NCBI GenBank assembly: GCA_963605425.1 | Contig: CAVCUQ010000005.1 | Span: 3,460 to 67,459 of the forward strand | Reading direction: 5' to 3' | Length of the DNA stretch: 64,000 bases | DNA from: an uncultured Eubacteriales bacterium | GTDB lineage: Bacteria > Bacillota_I > Bacilli_A > Acholeplasmatales > Anaeroplasmataceae | Shown here: piece after piece, positions 29,196 to 38,138 of the stretch | How the letters are laid out: each line of letters opens with the position of its first letter | Numbering within the stretch: the stretch's first letter is position 1 | The notes under the pieces: model-generated | Told to the model about the DNA's origin: nothing | Databases searched by the model: none | The model's input: the letters and a program-made list of their open reading frames with translations, nothing else | Translations under genes and position numbers: made by a program

Positions 29196-30785
29196 ATGGA
29201 AGAAAATATTTACTATAAACAAGATAAGGAAAATGAATTAAAAGCTGTACTTGAAGAGGAATCTAAGAAAGAACAAAAGATTAGAAAAGATAAAGATTAT
29301 ATTAGATTTTCTCGTGCTCTTGAAAAACTATGTATAGATACTCATTCTACAAGTGTATTGTCTAGTGCTCAGAATGGTCAATTATTCACCTATGATGGTA
29401 AACTTTTACTTAAAGGTTTAGATAATATTGATGAAAATTCAGTTTCTGGTCCGGGTAAAGAGACTATCAAAGATAAGAAGCTTGATTATGAAAAATTATA
29501 TAAGTTAATGAAAGATAAGAAACTTATTTATATTGATAAGAATAAATTACCTCGTGCTTTAATTTATAATAAAAAGACTGGTGAATTTGAACCATATGAA
29601 GTAGATAAGAAGAAACAAGAAGACTATATACAAGACAGAGAACCTCTAAAGTGGTATAAGATAGTATTTGCACTTGTTTACGGAGTATATGCCCTAATTA
29701 AAGGTCTTATTGATAAAATCACTCTTCCAAAGAAAATAGCTGCTCATCAAAAAGCACTTGAAAAAGCTACAAGTGAATATGCTTTTGCAAATATGATGAA
29801 TAGACAAGAAGAAGTTAAGATGAATAAGGCAAAAGATTTAAATCTTAATAAAGAAGTTGATAAGGATTTAAATATTGATAATAGTCTTAATATTGATAAT
29901 TCATTAAATATCGATAATAAGGATTTAATTAATAATCAAATTGATAACACTTTAAATAACATTGATAATCATATAGATAATGAAGAAAAAGAAGAATCAA
30001 TGCTTAAAAATGATGTCTCAGGATTAGATGAAGAAATTAATAAATTAATGAATGAAGATAAAAAAGAAGAACTTCATAATTCTATTAATCTATCAGCTTT
30101 AGAAAATTCTGAAAATGATATCAATAATCTAGATATAAATCAAAGTGTTAATCTAGAAGAAGAAATCAATAAAGAATTTAATCATGATTCAATAAATATG
30201 TCTAAATTAGATGATTCAAGTAATAATATTAATAATCTGGATATAAACCAAAGTGTTGAATTAGATAATGATAAGAGCAAAGATAATCTTCATAATTCTA
30301 TTAATATGTCTAGTCTAAATGATTCTAGTCATAATATTAATAATATGAATTTAGATGAAAGTGTTAATTTTAATAATACTCTGAAAGATAATCAAAAAGA
30401 GAATTTGAATAGAACTAGTAATGATATTAATATTGCTAAAGAAATTAATAATGATAATTTAAATAGAACTACTATTAATGTTAATAAAGCTTTATTTGAT
30501 AATAATATTAATAATTCTAATCAATCTAAAGATGATATTGAATTCAATCCTAATGAATTTAAAGGATTTGAACTTAAGGAAGTCTTTGAAAATGATCCTA
30601 ATGCTAAAGACTTGATTACTGATAAGAGTTTAGCTGAAATTGATAATAATTTCTTTGAAGGTATGAATTTTGATTTATTCCAAGATGAAATTAAGGCTTT
30701 AGATAACAATTTAGATAATAATTTAGATAATTTTAATCAAATAGATAATCAAAATGAGAAAGATGAAGATTATATAACTATTTAA
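29196..30785 (+). CDS. single-pass membrane protein with Asn/Asp-rich repetitive C-terminal region
   Basis: TM helix WYKIVFALVYGVYALIKGLI, then (NIDNSL)x3 and three 36-aa repeats (HNSINxSxLxxSxxxINNLDINQSV). The ATG at 29196 follows a GGAAGGTGA RBS. Confidence 0.6.
   Translation: MEENIYYKQDKENELKAVLEEESKKEQKIRKDKDYIRFSRALEKLCIDTHSTSVLSSAQNGQLFTYDGKLLLKGLDNIDENSVSGPGKETIKDKKLDYEKLYKLMKDKKLIYIDKNKLPRALIYNKKTGEFEPYEVDKKKQEDYIQDREPLKWYKIVFALVYGVYALIKGLIDKITLPKKIAAHQKALEKATSEYAFANMMNRQEEVKMNKAKDLNLNKEVDKDLNIDNSLNIDNSLNIDNKDLINNQIDNTLNNIDNHIDNEEKEESMLKNDVSGLDEEINKLMNEDKKEELHNSINLSALENSENDINNLDINQSVNLEEEINKEFNHDSINMSKLDDSSNNINNLDINQSVELDNDKSKDNLHNSINMSSLNDSSHNINNMNLDESVNFNNTLKDNQKENLNRTSNDINIAKEINNDNLNRTTINVNKALFDNNINNSNQSKDDIEFNPNEFKGFELKEVFENDPNAKDLITDKSLAEIDNNFFEGMNFDLFQDEIKALDNNLDNNLDNFNQIDNQNEKDEDYITI
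29871..29924 (+). repeat. 3 x 18-nt in-frame tandem repeat (NIDNSL)
   Basis: aatattgataatagtctt / aatattgataattcatta / aatatcgataataaggat. Confidence 0.85.
30072..30395 (+). repeat. 3 x 108-nt in-frame tandem repeat
   Basis: Copies start at 30072, 30180 and 30288 (cttcataattctattaat...aataatctNgatataaaYcaaagtgtt). Confidence 0.8.
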
Positions 30786-30802
30786 TATAAAGGAGACTTT
30801 TT

Positions 30803-32752
30803 ATGGCAAATGCTTTATCTATTGTAGATGAAAAAATAGCTAATGTTAAAAATAATTTAATACTTAAAGATTATGATTTGTTTAAAGAGTCTCTTTCTTC
30901 TTTAAATTTAAATAATATAATCTATGATTTAATTGATTTAGATAATGAAGATATTAATCTAGGTATCAATCATTTATATAATAATGTTCCACTCTTTAGT
31001 GAGGCAGATAAGTTATCTTTTTATGTACACCAAAGATTTTCAAATGATTCATTTTCTAATAAATTAAAACCCGAAGAATTAGAATTCTTAATTGAGATGT
31101 TACTTACAAATGAAGATATAGATATATCTGAATATGAAGATATCTTAAAACTTAATTATTCTTATAAATATAAAGCTAAGATTGATAAACTATTAGAAAG
31201 AAAGAATAAATCTAAGATAAAAGTAAATCATAAAAAAAATAACTTAGAATTTATTTATAAATTATTACTTTCTATAATGAATAATAATGTAAAGAATTAT
31301 TATAGTTTTGATTCTAAATTATATTTTACAAATCTTGCAAGACAGGATAAGGTAATTGAATTCTTATCTAGTATTGGCTATAAAGATAAAACGGATTTAT
31401 TAAAAGATGCTTATAAAAATAATGATTATAAAGAATTATATAATTTAAGTAGTACTTTTAATTTGAAAAATAAAGATTTAAATGAACTTATAAATTGTGC
31501 TTTAAGTGAAGAAGAAGTTACAAGAGATATAAATAAGATTAACTTTATTAAAGAAGGTAATACTAGTTTTAAAGAATTTGTATCTAGTAATGAAATATCA
31601 TCTGATTTACTTAAGAAAGCTTTCACCCTTGTAGATAGTTATCTAGGGGAAGATATAGCAAGAAATAATTTAAACTTTGTAAGTGTACTAGATAACACAA
31701 GAAATCTAGAATTATTACTATTACAATTATCTGATTTATTTAAAGGTTATGGCTTTAATATTGATATTAATTATATTAAAGGAGATATTAAAGATTTAGA
31801 TTTCATTAAAGAAATATTTATTCTTAAGACTTTATATTATCTTCGTTTATTAATGAATGAAAAGAATATTGATATAAAGGCTTTAGATTCTAAAGAAGAC
31901 TTATTTAAACTTCTAGAGGGCGCTTTTAAAGAAGATGATTTAGCCTCAAGTTTACTTCCTAATAGCGTTACTAAACTTGATTTCTATAATATATTATTAT
32001 TCTTAAGTGGTTCTAAAGAATTAAAAGATATTCCTTATAAAGAAATATTTGATAAAGAACTTGAAAACATTGACCTTCCAAAGAATTATACATTTAAAGA
32101 AAGATTTGAAAAACTATCTGAAGATCCTACTTTAGATGAAAAGGTTAACAAGTTTAGTAAATATTTTGATTCAGTTAAACAATTAAAATATTTAACTAAT
32201 CAAGAAATAGAAGTTGAAATATCAAGACAATTATACAATATGTATATGATCTTTATTTTATCTCAATATGAAGTTGAAAGTGATTTAAATTCAGTTATTG
32301 ATATGATTAAGAGCTTAAAGGATACTTTAAAGGAAGAAACAATCAATACTCTTGAACATATTACTAAAGAACATATGGGAAAAGAGAGCGAAACTGAAAA
32401 GAATATAGAAGTAACAAATAAAGCTATTGAGATTATTAAAGAATATCAAGAAAAAAGCGAATATATCAATGATTCTATTGAAAAACTTCTTAAGACTAAA
32501 GCTGAATATGATGAATATAAGGATTATATCTTTGGTTCTGATGTAATTGAAAAAAATATCCAAGATAGTATTGATAAATTATATTTGGAAAATATGAAGA
32601 TACAAGAAGAACAACAAAAACTAATTGAACAAGAAGAGAGAAAAGGTATAAAGATTGATTTAGATGAATTCTCTAGTAAAAAACTTGTTAAAGATGATGA
32701 TTTTGATGATTTCTTAGTATTTAATCATTTAGAGAAAGAAGTAGAGAAGTGA
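30803..32752 (+). CDS. hypothetical protein (649 aa), helical, K/E/N/D-rich, no TM
   Basis: Long ORF 17 nt after the preceding gene, behind an AAGGAGA RBS. No catalytic motif recognised. Confidence 0.55.
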   Translation: MANALSIVDEKIANVKNNLILKDYDLFKESLSSLNLNNIIYDLIDLDNEDINLGINHLYNNVPLFSEADKLSFYVHQRFSNDSFSNKLKPEELEFLIEMLLTNEDIDISEYEDILKLNYSYKYKAKIDKLLERKNKSKIKVNHKKNNLEFIYKLLLSIMNNNVKNYYSFDSKLYFTNLARQDKVIEFLSSIGYKDKTDLLKDAYKNNDYKELYNLSSTFNLKNKDLNELINCALSEEEVTRDINKINFIKEGNTSFKEFVSSNEISSDLLKKAFTLVDSYLGEDIARNNLNFVSVLDNTRNLELLLLQLSDLFKGYGFNIDINYIKGDIKDLDFIKEIFILKTLYYLRLLMNEKNIDIKALDSKEDLFKLLEGAFKEDDLASSLLPNSVTKLDFYNILLFLSGSKELKDIPYKEIFDKELENIDLPKNYTFKERFEKLSEDPTLDEKVNKFSKYFDSVKQLKYLTNQEIEVEISRQLYNMYMIFILSQYEVESDLNSVIDMIKSLKDTLKEETINTLEHITKEHMGKESETEKNIEVTNKAIEIIKEYQEKSEYINDSIEKLLKTKAEYDEYKDYIFGSDVIEKNIQDSIDKLYLENMKIQEEQQKLIEQEERKGIKIDLDEFSSKKLVKDDDFDDFLVFNHLEKEVEK

Positions 32753-32777
32753 GATTTATAAATTAAGTCTCATTTTT
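32750..32777 (+). terminator. intrinsic terminator separating the two island transcription units
   Basis: 9-bp stem TGAGATTTA/TAAGTCTCA followed by TTTTT. Confidence 0.65.
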
Positions 32778-32914
32778 CATTATTTTTTCACAATTAATTG
32801 AGAGTATTTTAATATAATAAAGATAGATTTTTTCTTAAATTTAACTTACAAATATATAAATTTACTTTTATAAATGATATAATAAAATGAATTATTTTAA
32901 AATGAGGTGGTAAA

Positions 32915-35900
32915 ATGAAAAAATTAAAGATATTTAAACCTTTAATCTTATTTATTTCACTATTTACTTTTCTTTTAGTTGCAGGTTCTAAAGCTAACAG
33001 TAATATTCTTAACTTAGATAATGTATCTAATATGAGCAATGATACTAAGAGCGAGGAAAATATTACAATTAATAACAAATATTTAGATGTAACTTTAGGA
33101 AGTACTTTAAAACTTGATTATACTACTAAAGGAAATCTAACTATAGATAACTTTTTTGTTTATAATCCTAGTGTATTAACAGTTAGTAAGGATGGGGTAA
33201 TTACAGGTAGAAGTAAAGGTACATCACTTGTTAGAATAACTTTAAGTAACGAGTCTATTAAAGATATTTATGTTAATGTTACAGATAATCCTACAAGTGT
33301 ATCTTTAACAAGTAATTTATCTGTTTTAGGTGTAGGTGATACTGCAAAAGTTAGACCTACTTTATCTCCACTAGCATCAAATAGAAATGTAACATACTTT
33401 TCAAGCGATACTAGTAAAGCTACGGTAGATGAAGATGGAGTGGTAACTGCAGTATCTACAGGTGAGGTTAAAATTACAGTTAAGACTATCAACGGACTTA
33501 CAGCTGATTATACATTTACTGTAATTGAAAAAGATACTATGCCTTTCACTACAGATACTTATGAAGTTGATAAGGATTATTCCAATAAGATTTTAGCATT
33601 TACTACAAGTGATGATATTAATTACAAACATATTACGCTTTATGCTAAAAGTAGTGCTACAAATTTTGATGAAGCACCAACATATATCGTTGAATTTGAT
33701 AATATTAGTATAGAAAATACTGGTATAGAGAGTACCGGATCATATGTTCCTGTTTCTATATGGACTGAAGGTTATGTTAATTTTATTTTTAGAATAAAAG
33801 GTGATTTAAAACTTATAGGATTTTCATATCCAGGGATAAGTTGTGAAAGTGTTATTAGCAGCACTAATGTTAATGTAAAATTTGAACTTTTAGATACCAC
33901 ATCAACTATAACTATTGGTCTTGCTGAAAAACTTAATGATAAAGATTCTGATGATGATAGCAATGGAAAAGTTTCATATTCTTTAGGTAATTATGTAAAG
34001 GCTGCAAGTAATTATGATATTTCTAGTTTAACAACTGATATTGAAAACTTAAAAAATGCTGGAGACAAGGTATCATTTACTTTAAATAATTATTTTAATG
34101 ATGAAATTAATATTAATTTTGATTATAAGACTTCAACTGCTTTATTATCTTCTACAACTTCACCTATAATAACTTATTCTAAGACATTTATTGATCTTAC
34201 TCAAAATTACGAAGATACTGTAAATGGTGTTGGTTGTATTACTGATAATCTTTCTATATGTACTGGAGAAGCAGATGATAGAAATAAACAAGTAGTAATA
34301 AGGCTATATGGCTCTGGTACTTGTTCAGTTGTACTTCAAGATAAGAGTAATAATTTTGTCTACGATTATTTTTATTTAAGTGTATTTGCCAATGAAAATA
34401 CTGATTATATTGATATTACACATTTTGTGGTTGAACCATATGGACTCAATACCATATTTAGAGGCCTAGAAGAAAGTATACAAGTTGCATGTTTTTCAGA
34501 ATATACCTTAGTCTCAAGCAATGAAAGCATCTTTACTGTAGATGGTAATAATGTTAAAGGTGTAAGTGAAGGAACAGCTTATTTAATTGCCTATATAACA
34601 AATTATCCTGTTAAACAAGATTCTATCGAACTTACTGTTATAGTAAAAGATGAAGGTGTCACAGTAGATGAAAGTTTAATTACTAATATATCTGTTAATG
34701 ATAAAGTTGATTTAACTAATTGTTTAAGTGTTAGCCCAAGTGATGCAAAATATAAAGATTTAAAAGTCGAAGTTGAAGACAATGGTGTATTATCATTAGA
34801 TGAGTCAACTATGACACTTACTGCTTCAAAGAATGGCTCAGCTAAAGTTACTGTTACTACATATGGTGGAAGCACAAAAGACATAACATTCACTGTATCA
34901 GATCATGTATCTGAAATTAAGAGCGATCTAGAAGAAAGCACTATAATTGAAAATGGAACAACTTTTGATTTAAGTACTCATTTAACAGTATTACCTGCAA
35001 ATGCCTTAAATAAATCTTTAAAGTTTGAATCAAGTGATACTGAAATAGCTACTGTAGATGAAAATGGTTTAATTACTACTTTAAGTAAGGGTATATTTAA
35101 TATTACAGTAACCTCTCTTGATAATGAGAGTGTAAAAAAAGTATTAAAGTTTGAAAGTTATATTAAAGTTACTGAAATTGAAATCGCTAATTTAGATAAT
35201 TACGTTATCTACGATAGAATGACTCTTGATTTAGCTCAGTGTATTAAAGTGTTACCTGAAGAAGCTTCAGATAAGAGGGTTACATATACATCAAGTGATG
35301 AAAAGATTCTTACTGTAACAAGTGATGGTAAAGTAACTGGTGTTACAAGTGGTAAGGCTACAATTACAATTACATCAGTAGATGGTGTAACAAAAGAAAT
35401 AGAGTTTGAAAGCTATATTTATGTAGAAAATATTATTGTAGAAAATCTAGATTCTTATGTGATTAAAGATAAAGCTTCTTTTAATTTAGCTGATAAGGTA
35501 AGTGTTTTACCTGCAGACGCCTCAAACAAGACTTTAACATATACTTCAAGCGATGAAAGTATACTTACTGTAACAACTGATGGCGTAGTAACTGGTGTTA
35601 CTAGTGGTAAAGCTAAAATTATAATAAGTTCAGTAGATAAAAAGAGTGCTGAAGTTGAATTTGAAAGTTATATAAGTGTTACTGATATTACAACTGATTT
35701 AGAGTCATTTGTAATAAAAGATAAAGCAAGTATTGATTTGAATGAAAAATTTAAAGTTTCACCTTTAGATTCTACAAATAAAACTCTAAGTTTCTCATCA
35801 AGTGATACAAGTATATTTAAGATATCAGATGATGGTGTATTAACTGGAGTTACAAGCGGTAAAGCTATTATTACAGTTACTGCAAGCGATAACGTTTCAA

Positions 35901-37594
35901 AAACATTTGAATTTGAAAGTTATATTAGCGCTACAAGCATTGATGTTTCTTTAGAAAAGTATACTTATGAATTAGGTGATACCATTGAACTTGCTAAATA
36001 CTTAACGGTTATGCCAAGCGATTCAACTAACAAGACATTAACTTACAGTATAGATAACACTGAAATTGCAAGTGTATCTGAAACAGGTTTAATTACTACA
36101 TTAAAAACAGGTTCATTTAAAGTAACTATTACTCAAGGAGATATTAATAAAGAATTAGAATTTAAGGTTATTGTTAGTGTAACTGGTATTGAAAAAACTA
36201 ATTTAGATAATTTAAATACAGTAATTGAAAAAGGTAATAACTTAAATATTAGTTCATACTTTAATGTTTTACCAAGTAATTCAACAAATAAGAATGTTAC
36301 ATATTCTGTTTCTGATGAGACTGTTTCTAGTGTAACTGAAGCTGGACTTGTAACTGGATTAAGCAAAGGAACATTCACTTTAACTGTTACAACAGTTGAT
36401 GGAGAGTTCAAAACATCATTTGATTTAGAGGTTTATGTAACTGTTACAGATGTCTATGTAGAAGTTCCTGAAAATACTACATTTAAGGTAAATGATACTT
36501 ATCAAATTAAGGCTCATGTATTACCAGAAGATGCGAATGTGCAAACTCTTTCTTACTATATACCTACAACAAAAGCTAGTGTAAACCAAAGCGGTCTTGT
36601 TACATTTAAACAAACTGGATCTGATAATGGAGAAGTTAAAATCACTATTAGAAGTAGAGAAGGTAATATTGAAAAGACTTTAATTTTATATGTTGTAGAA
36701 CCTGTAACTTCAATTAGTATAACAGGTGAAGAATCTAAGGTTTTACCTATTGGCGAAACATATAAGATGACTTACGAAATTTTACCAAGTAATGCATCTA
36801 ATAAAAATGTTAAATTTACATCAAGTAATTCATCTATTGCAAGTGTATCTGAAAATGGTACTGTTACTAGTAAATCAACTGGTACAGCTACTATAACAGT
36901 TACTACTGTTGATGGCTCTAAGACTGCAAGCATTACTATCTATGCCGGACCTCATGTTGATAGCATCTCAATTAATAATACTGATAGTGAGCTTCATGTT
37001 GGTGATAAAGTTCAAATTAAGGTTACTATTAGTCCAAGTGACGCGTCCCTTCAAACATTTACTTATTCAACAAGTAATTCTGAAATTGCAAGCATTACAG
37101 AAGCTGGTGTAGTTACAGCTTTAAAAACAGGACAAGTTAGAATTACAGTTACAACTTTAGATGAAGGAAAATCTGCTAGTGTTACATTCAATATAAAGAA
37201 TGTTCAAGATAAACCGGAAGAATTAAAGGTAACAAGTGTTGAAGTATATAATGATTCAATTGTAATTTTAAATCCTTTAAGCACTGTAGAATATAGACTT
37301 GTTGATAGTAACAATAATGTTATTGTTGATTGGAATAATGCTATCATTAATAATAAGATAACATTTAGTAATTTAAGTGATAATACAACTTATGTGATTG
37401 AATATAGAACTCCAGGGACTCCATATAAGGACGCTTCTGATTCATTAACACTATCTGTTAAGACATTAAAGAATGAATATGTAAAACTTCCTACAGTCGC
37501 TATCGTATTCATTATCATCGGAGGAGTAGCCGTTTTAGGTGCAGGAGCATTCTTCATTATTAAAGGTATAAAGAAGAAAAAGAAAAATATTTAA
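32915..37594 (+). CDS. giant surface protein with ~13 Big_2 (bacterial Ig-like group 2) domains, signal peptide and C-terminal TM anchor
   Basis: N-terminal signal sequence. The unit V(L/S)P-x-(D/N)A(S/T)NK-x-(L/V)-x-(Y/F)-x-SS(D/N)-x-x-IA(S/T)V-x-x-x-G-x-VT-x-x-x-x-G-x-x-x-ITVT(S/T) recurs. The C-terminus is VAIVFIIIGGVAVLGAGAFFII-KGIKKKKKNI. Confidence 0.85.
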   Translation: MKKLKIFKPLILFISLFTFLLVAGSKANSNILNLDNVSNMSNDTKSEENITINNKYLDVTLGSTLKLDYTTKGNLTIDNFFVYNPSVLTVSKDGVITGRSKGTSLVRITLSNESIKDIYVNVTDNPTSVSLTSNLSVLGVGDTAKVRPTLSPLASNRNVTYFSSDTSKATVDEDGVVTAVSTGEVKITVKTINGLTADYTFTVIEKDTMPFTTDTYEVDKDYSNKILAFTTSDDINYKHITLYAKSSATNFDEAPTYIVEFDNISIENTGIESTGSYVPVSIWTEGYVNFIFRIKGDLKLIGFSYPGISCESVISSTNVNVKFELLDTTSTITIGLAEKLNDKDSDDDSNGKVSYSLGNYVKAASNYDISSLTTDIENLKNAGDKVSFTLNNYFNDEININFDYKTSTALLSSTTSPIITYSKTFIDLTQNYEDTVNGVGCITDNLSICTGEADDRNKQVVIRLYGSGTCSVVLQDKSNNFVYDYFYLSVFANENTDYIDITHFVVEPYGLNTIFRGLEESIQVACFSEYTLVSSNESIFTVDGNNVKGVSEGTAYLIAYITNYPVKQDSIELTVIVKDEGVTVDESLITNISVNDKVDLTNCLSVSPSDAKYKDLKVEVEDNGVLSLDESTMTLTASKNGSAKVTVTTYGGSTKDITFTVSDHVSEIKSDLEESTIIENGTTFDLSTHLTVLPANALNKSLKFESSDTEIATVDENGLITTLSKGIFNITVTSLDNESVKKVLKFESYIKVTEIEIANLDNYVIYDRMTLDLAQCIKVLPEEASDKRVTYTSSDEKILTVTSDGKVTGVTSGKATITITSVDGVTKEIEFESYIYVENIIVENLDSYVIKDKASFNLADKVSVLPADASNKTLTYTSSDESILTVTTDGVVTGVTSGKAKIIISSVDKKSAEVEFESYISVTDITTDLESFVIKDKASIDLNEKFKVSPLDSTNKTLSFSSSDTSIFKISDDGVLTGVTSGKAIITVTASDNVSKTFEFESYISATSIDVSLEKYTYELGDTIELAKYLTVMPSDSTNKTLTYSIDNTEIASVSETGLITTLKTGSFKVTITQGDINKELEFKVIVSVTGIEKTNLDNLNTVIEKGNNLNISSYFNVLPSNSTNKNVTYSVSDETVSSVTEAGLVTGLSKGTFTLTVTTVDGEFKTSFDLEVYVTVTDVYVEVPENTTFKVNDTYQIKAHVLPEDANVQTLSYYIPTTKASVNQSGLVTFKQTGSDNGEVKITIRSREGNIEKTLILYVVEPVTSISITGEESKVLPIGETYKMTYEILPSNASNKNVKFTSSNSSIASVSENGTVTSKSTGTATITVTTVDGSKTASITIYAGPHVDSISINNTDSELHVGDKVQIKVTISPSDASLQTFTYSTSNSEIASITEAGVVTALKTGQVRITVTTLDEGKSASVTFNIKNVQDKPEELKVTSVEVYNDSIVILNPLSTVEYRLVDSNNNVIVDWNNAIINNKITFSNLSDNTTYVIEYRTPGTPYKDASDSLTLSVKTLKNEYVKLPTVAIVFIIIGGVAVLGAGAFFIIKGIKKKKKNI
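34900..37180 (+). repeat. tandem domain-encoding repeats, period 252-255 nt
   Basis: The linker motif TTTGAAAG(T/C)TAT recurs at 35150, 35405, 35660 and 35912; neighbouring units are closely similar. Confidence 0.8.
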
Positions 37595-37613
37595 GAAAGG
37601 TAAGGTTTTAAAT

Positions 37614-38138
37614 ATGAAAAAACATAAAATTTTAATATTAATATTTACATTCTTAAGTATTCTTTCTTTATCAGCTTGTAAGATTGAAAAAAATAGTGAT
37701 TTTACTGTTGTAGTACCTGAAAAAGTACTTATGGGTGATAATTCATTAGAAGGTTTTAAGATTGTTAAAGATGATAAGGAAATAGCTCTTGAAAAAGATA
37801 TGCTTACATCTGATTCCCTTCTAGCGTTCTACAAAGAAGGAAAAGAAGAGATTACAGTTACTTACCAAAATATTACTAAAAAAGTTGAGATTAATGTTGT
37901 AAGAAGAATTTTTGATTCATCTGTAAACTTAAGTGATAAAACGTATGAATATACAGGTGAGCCTATTATAGTTACTGTAGATGGTATTTTGCCTGCAGAT
38001 GTAACTATATACTATCCTTTAGGTAATAGTTTTACAAATGTTGGTGAATATAATATCACAGCTATTGTTTCAGCTCCTTATTACACTACATTAACATTTA
38101 ACGCGACTGTAAAAATTGTTGAAAGTGAGGCGGAATAA
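37614..38138 (+). CDS. lipoprotein (174 aa), T4SS-operon associated
   Basis: Signal peptide with lipobox LSLSAC; 19 nt after the preceding gene; TAATG overlap with the next gene. Confidence 0.7.
   Translation: MKKHKILILIFTFLSILSLSACKIEKNSDFTVVVPEKVLMGDNSLEGFKIVKDDKEIALEKDMLTSDSLLAFYKEGKEEITVTYQNITKKVEINVVRRIFDSSVNLSDKTYEYTGEPIIVTVDGILPADVTIYYPLGNSFTNVGEYNITAIVSAPYYTTLTFNATVKIVESEAE

Noticed and set aside
29871-30395. Regularly spaced direct repeats considered as a CRISPR-like array. The 252-255-nt repeats at 34900-37180 were considered in the same way.
   Set aside because: The repeats are in frame inside long ORFs, have no unique spacers of CRISPR size, and encode peptide or domain repeats. 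No cas genes are present.
31232-31239. A8 homopolymer inside the 649-aa ORF, considered as a slipped-strand phase-variation switch.
   Set aside because: A7-A8 runs are frequent in coding DNA of this AT content (for example at 13506 and 35137). Nothing sets this tract apart.
37486-37594. Possible sortase sorting signal (KLPTVA followed by a hydrophobic stretch and KKKKKNI) at the end of the Big_2 protein.
   Set aside because: The pentapeptide is LPTVA, not LPxTG/A, because Thr is in the wrong position. The 2525-aa protein has no such motif either. It is interpreted as a plain C-terminal TM anchor.
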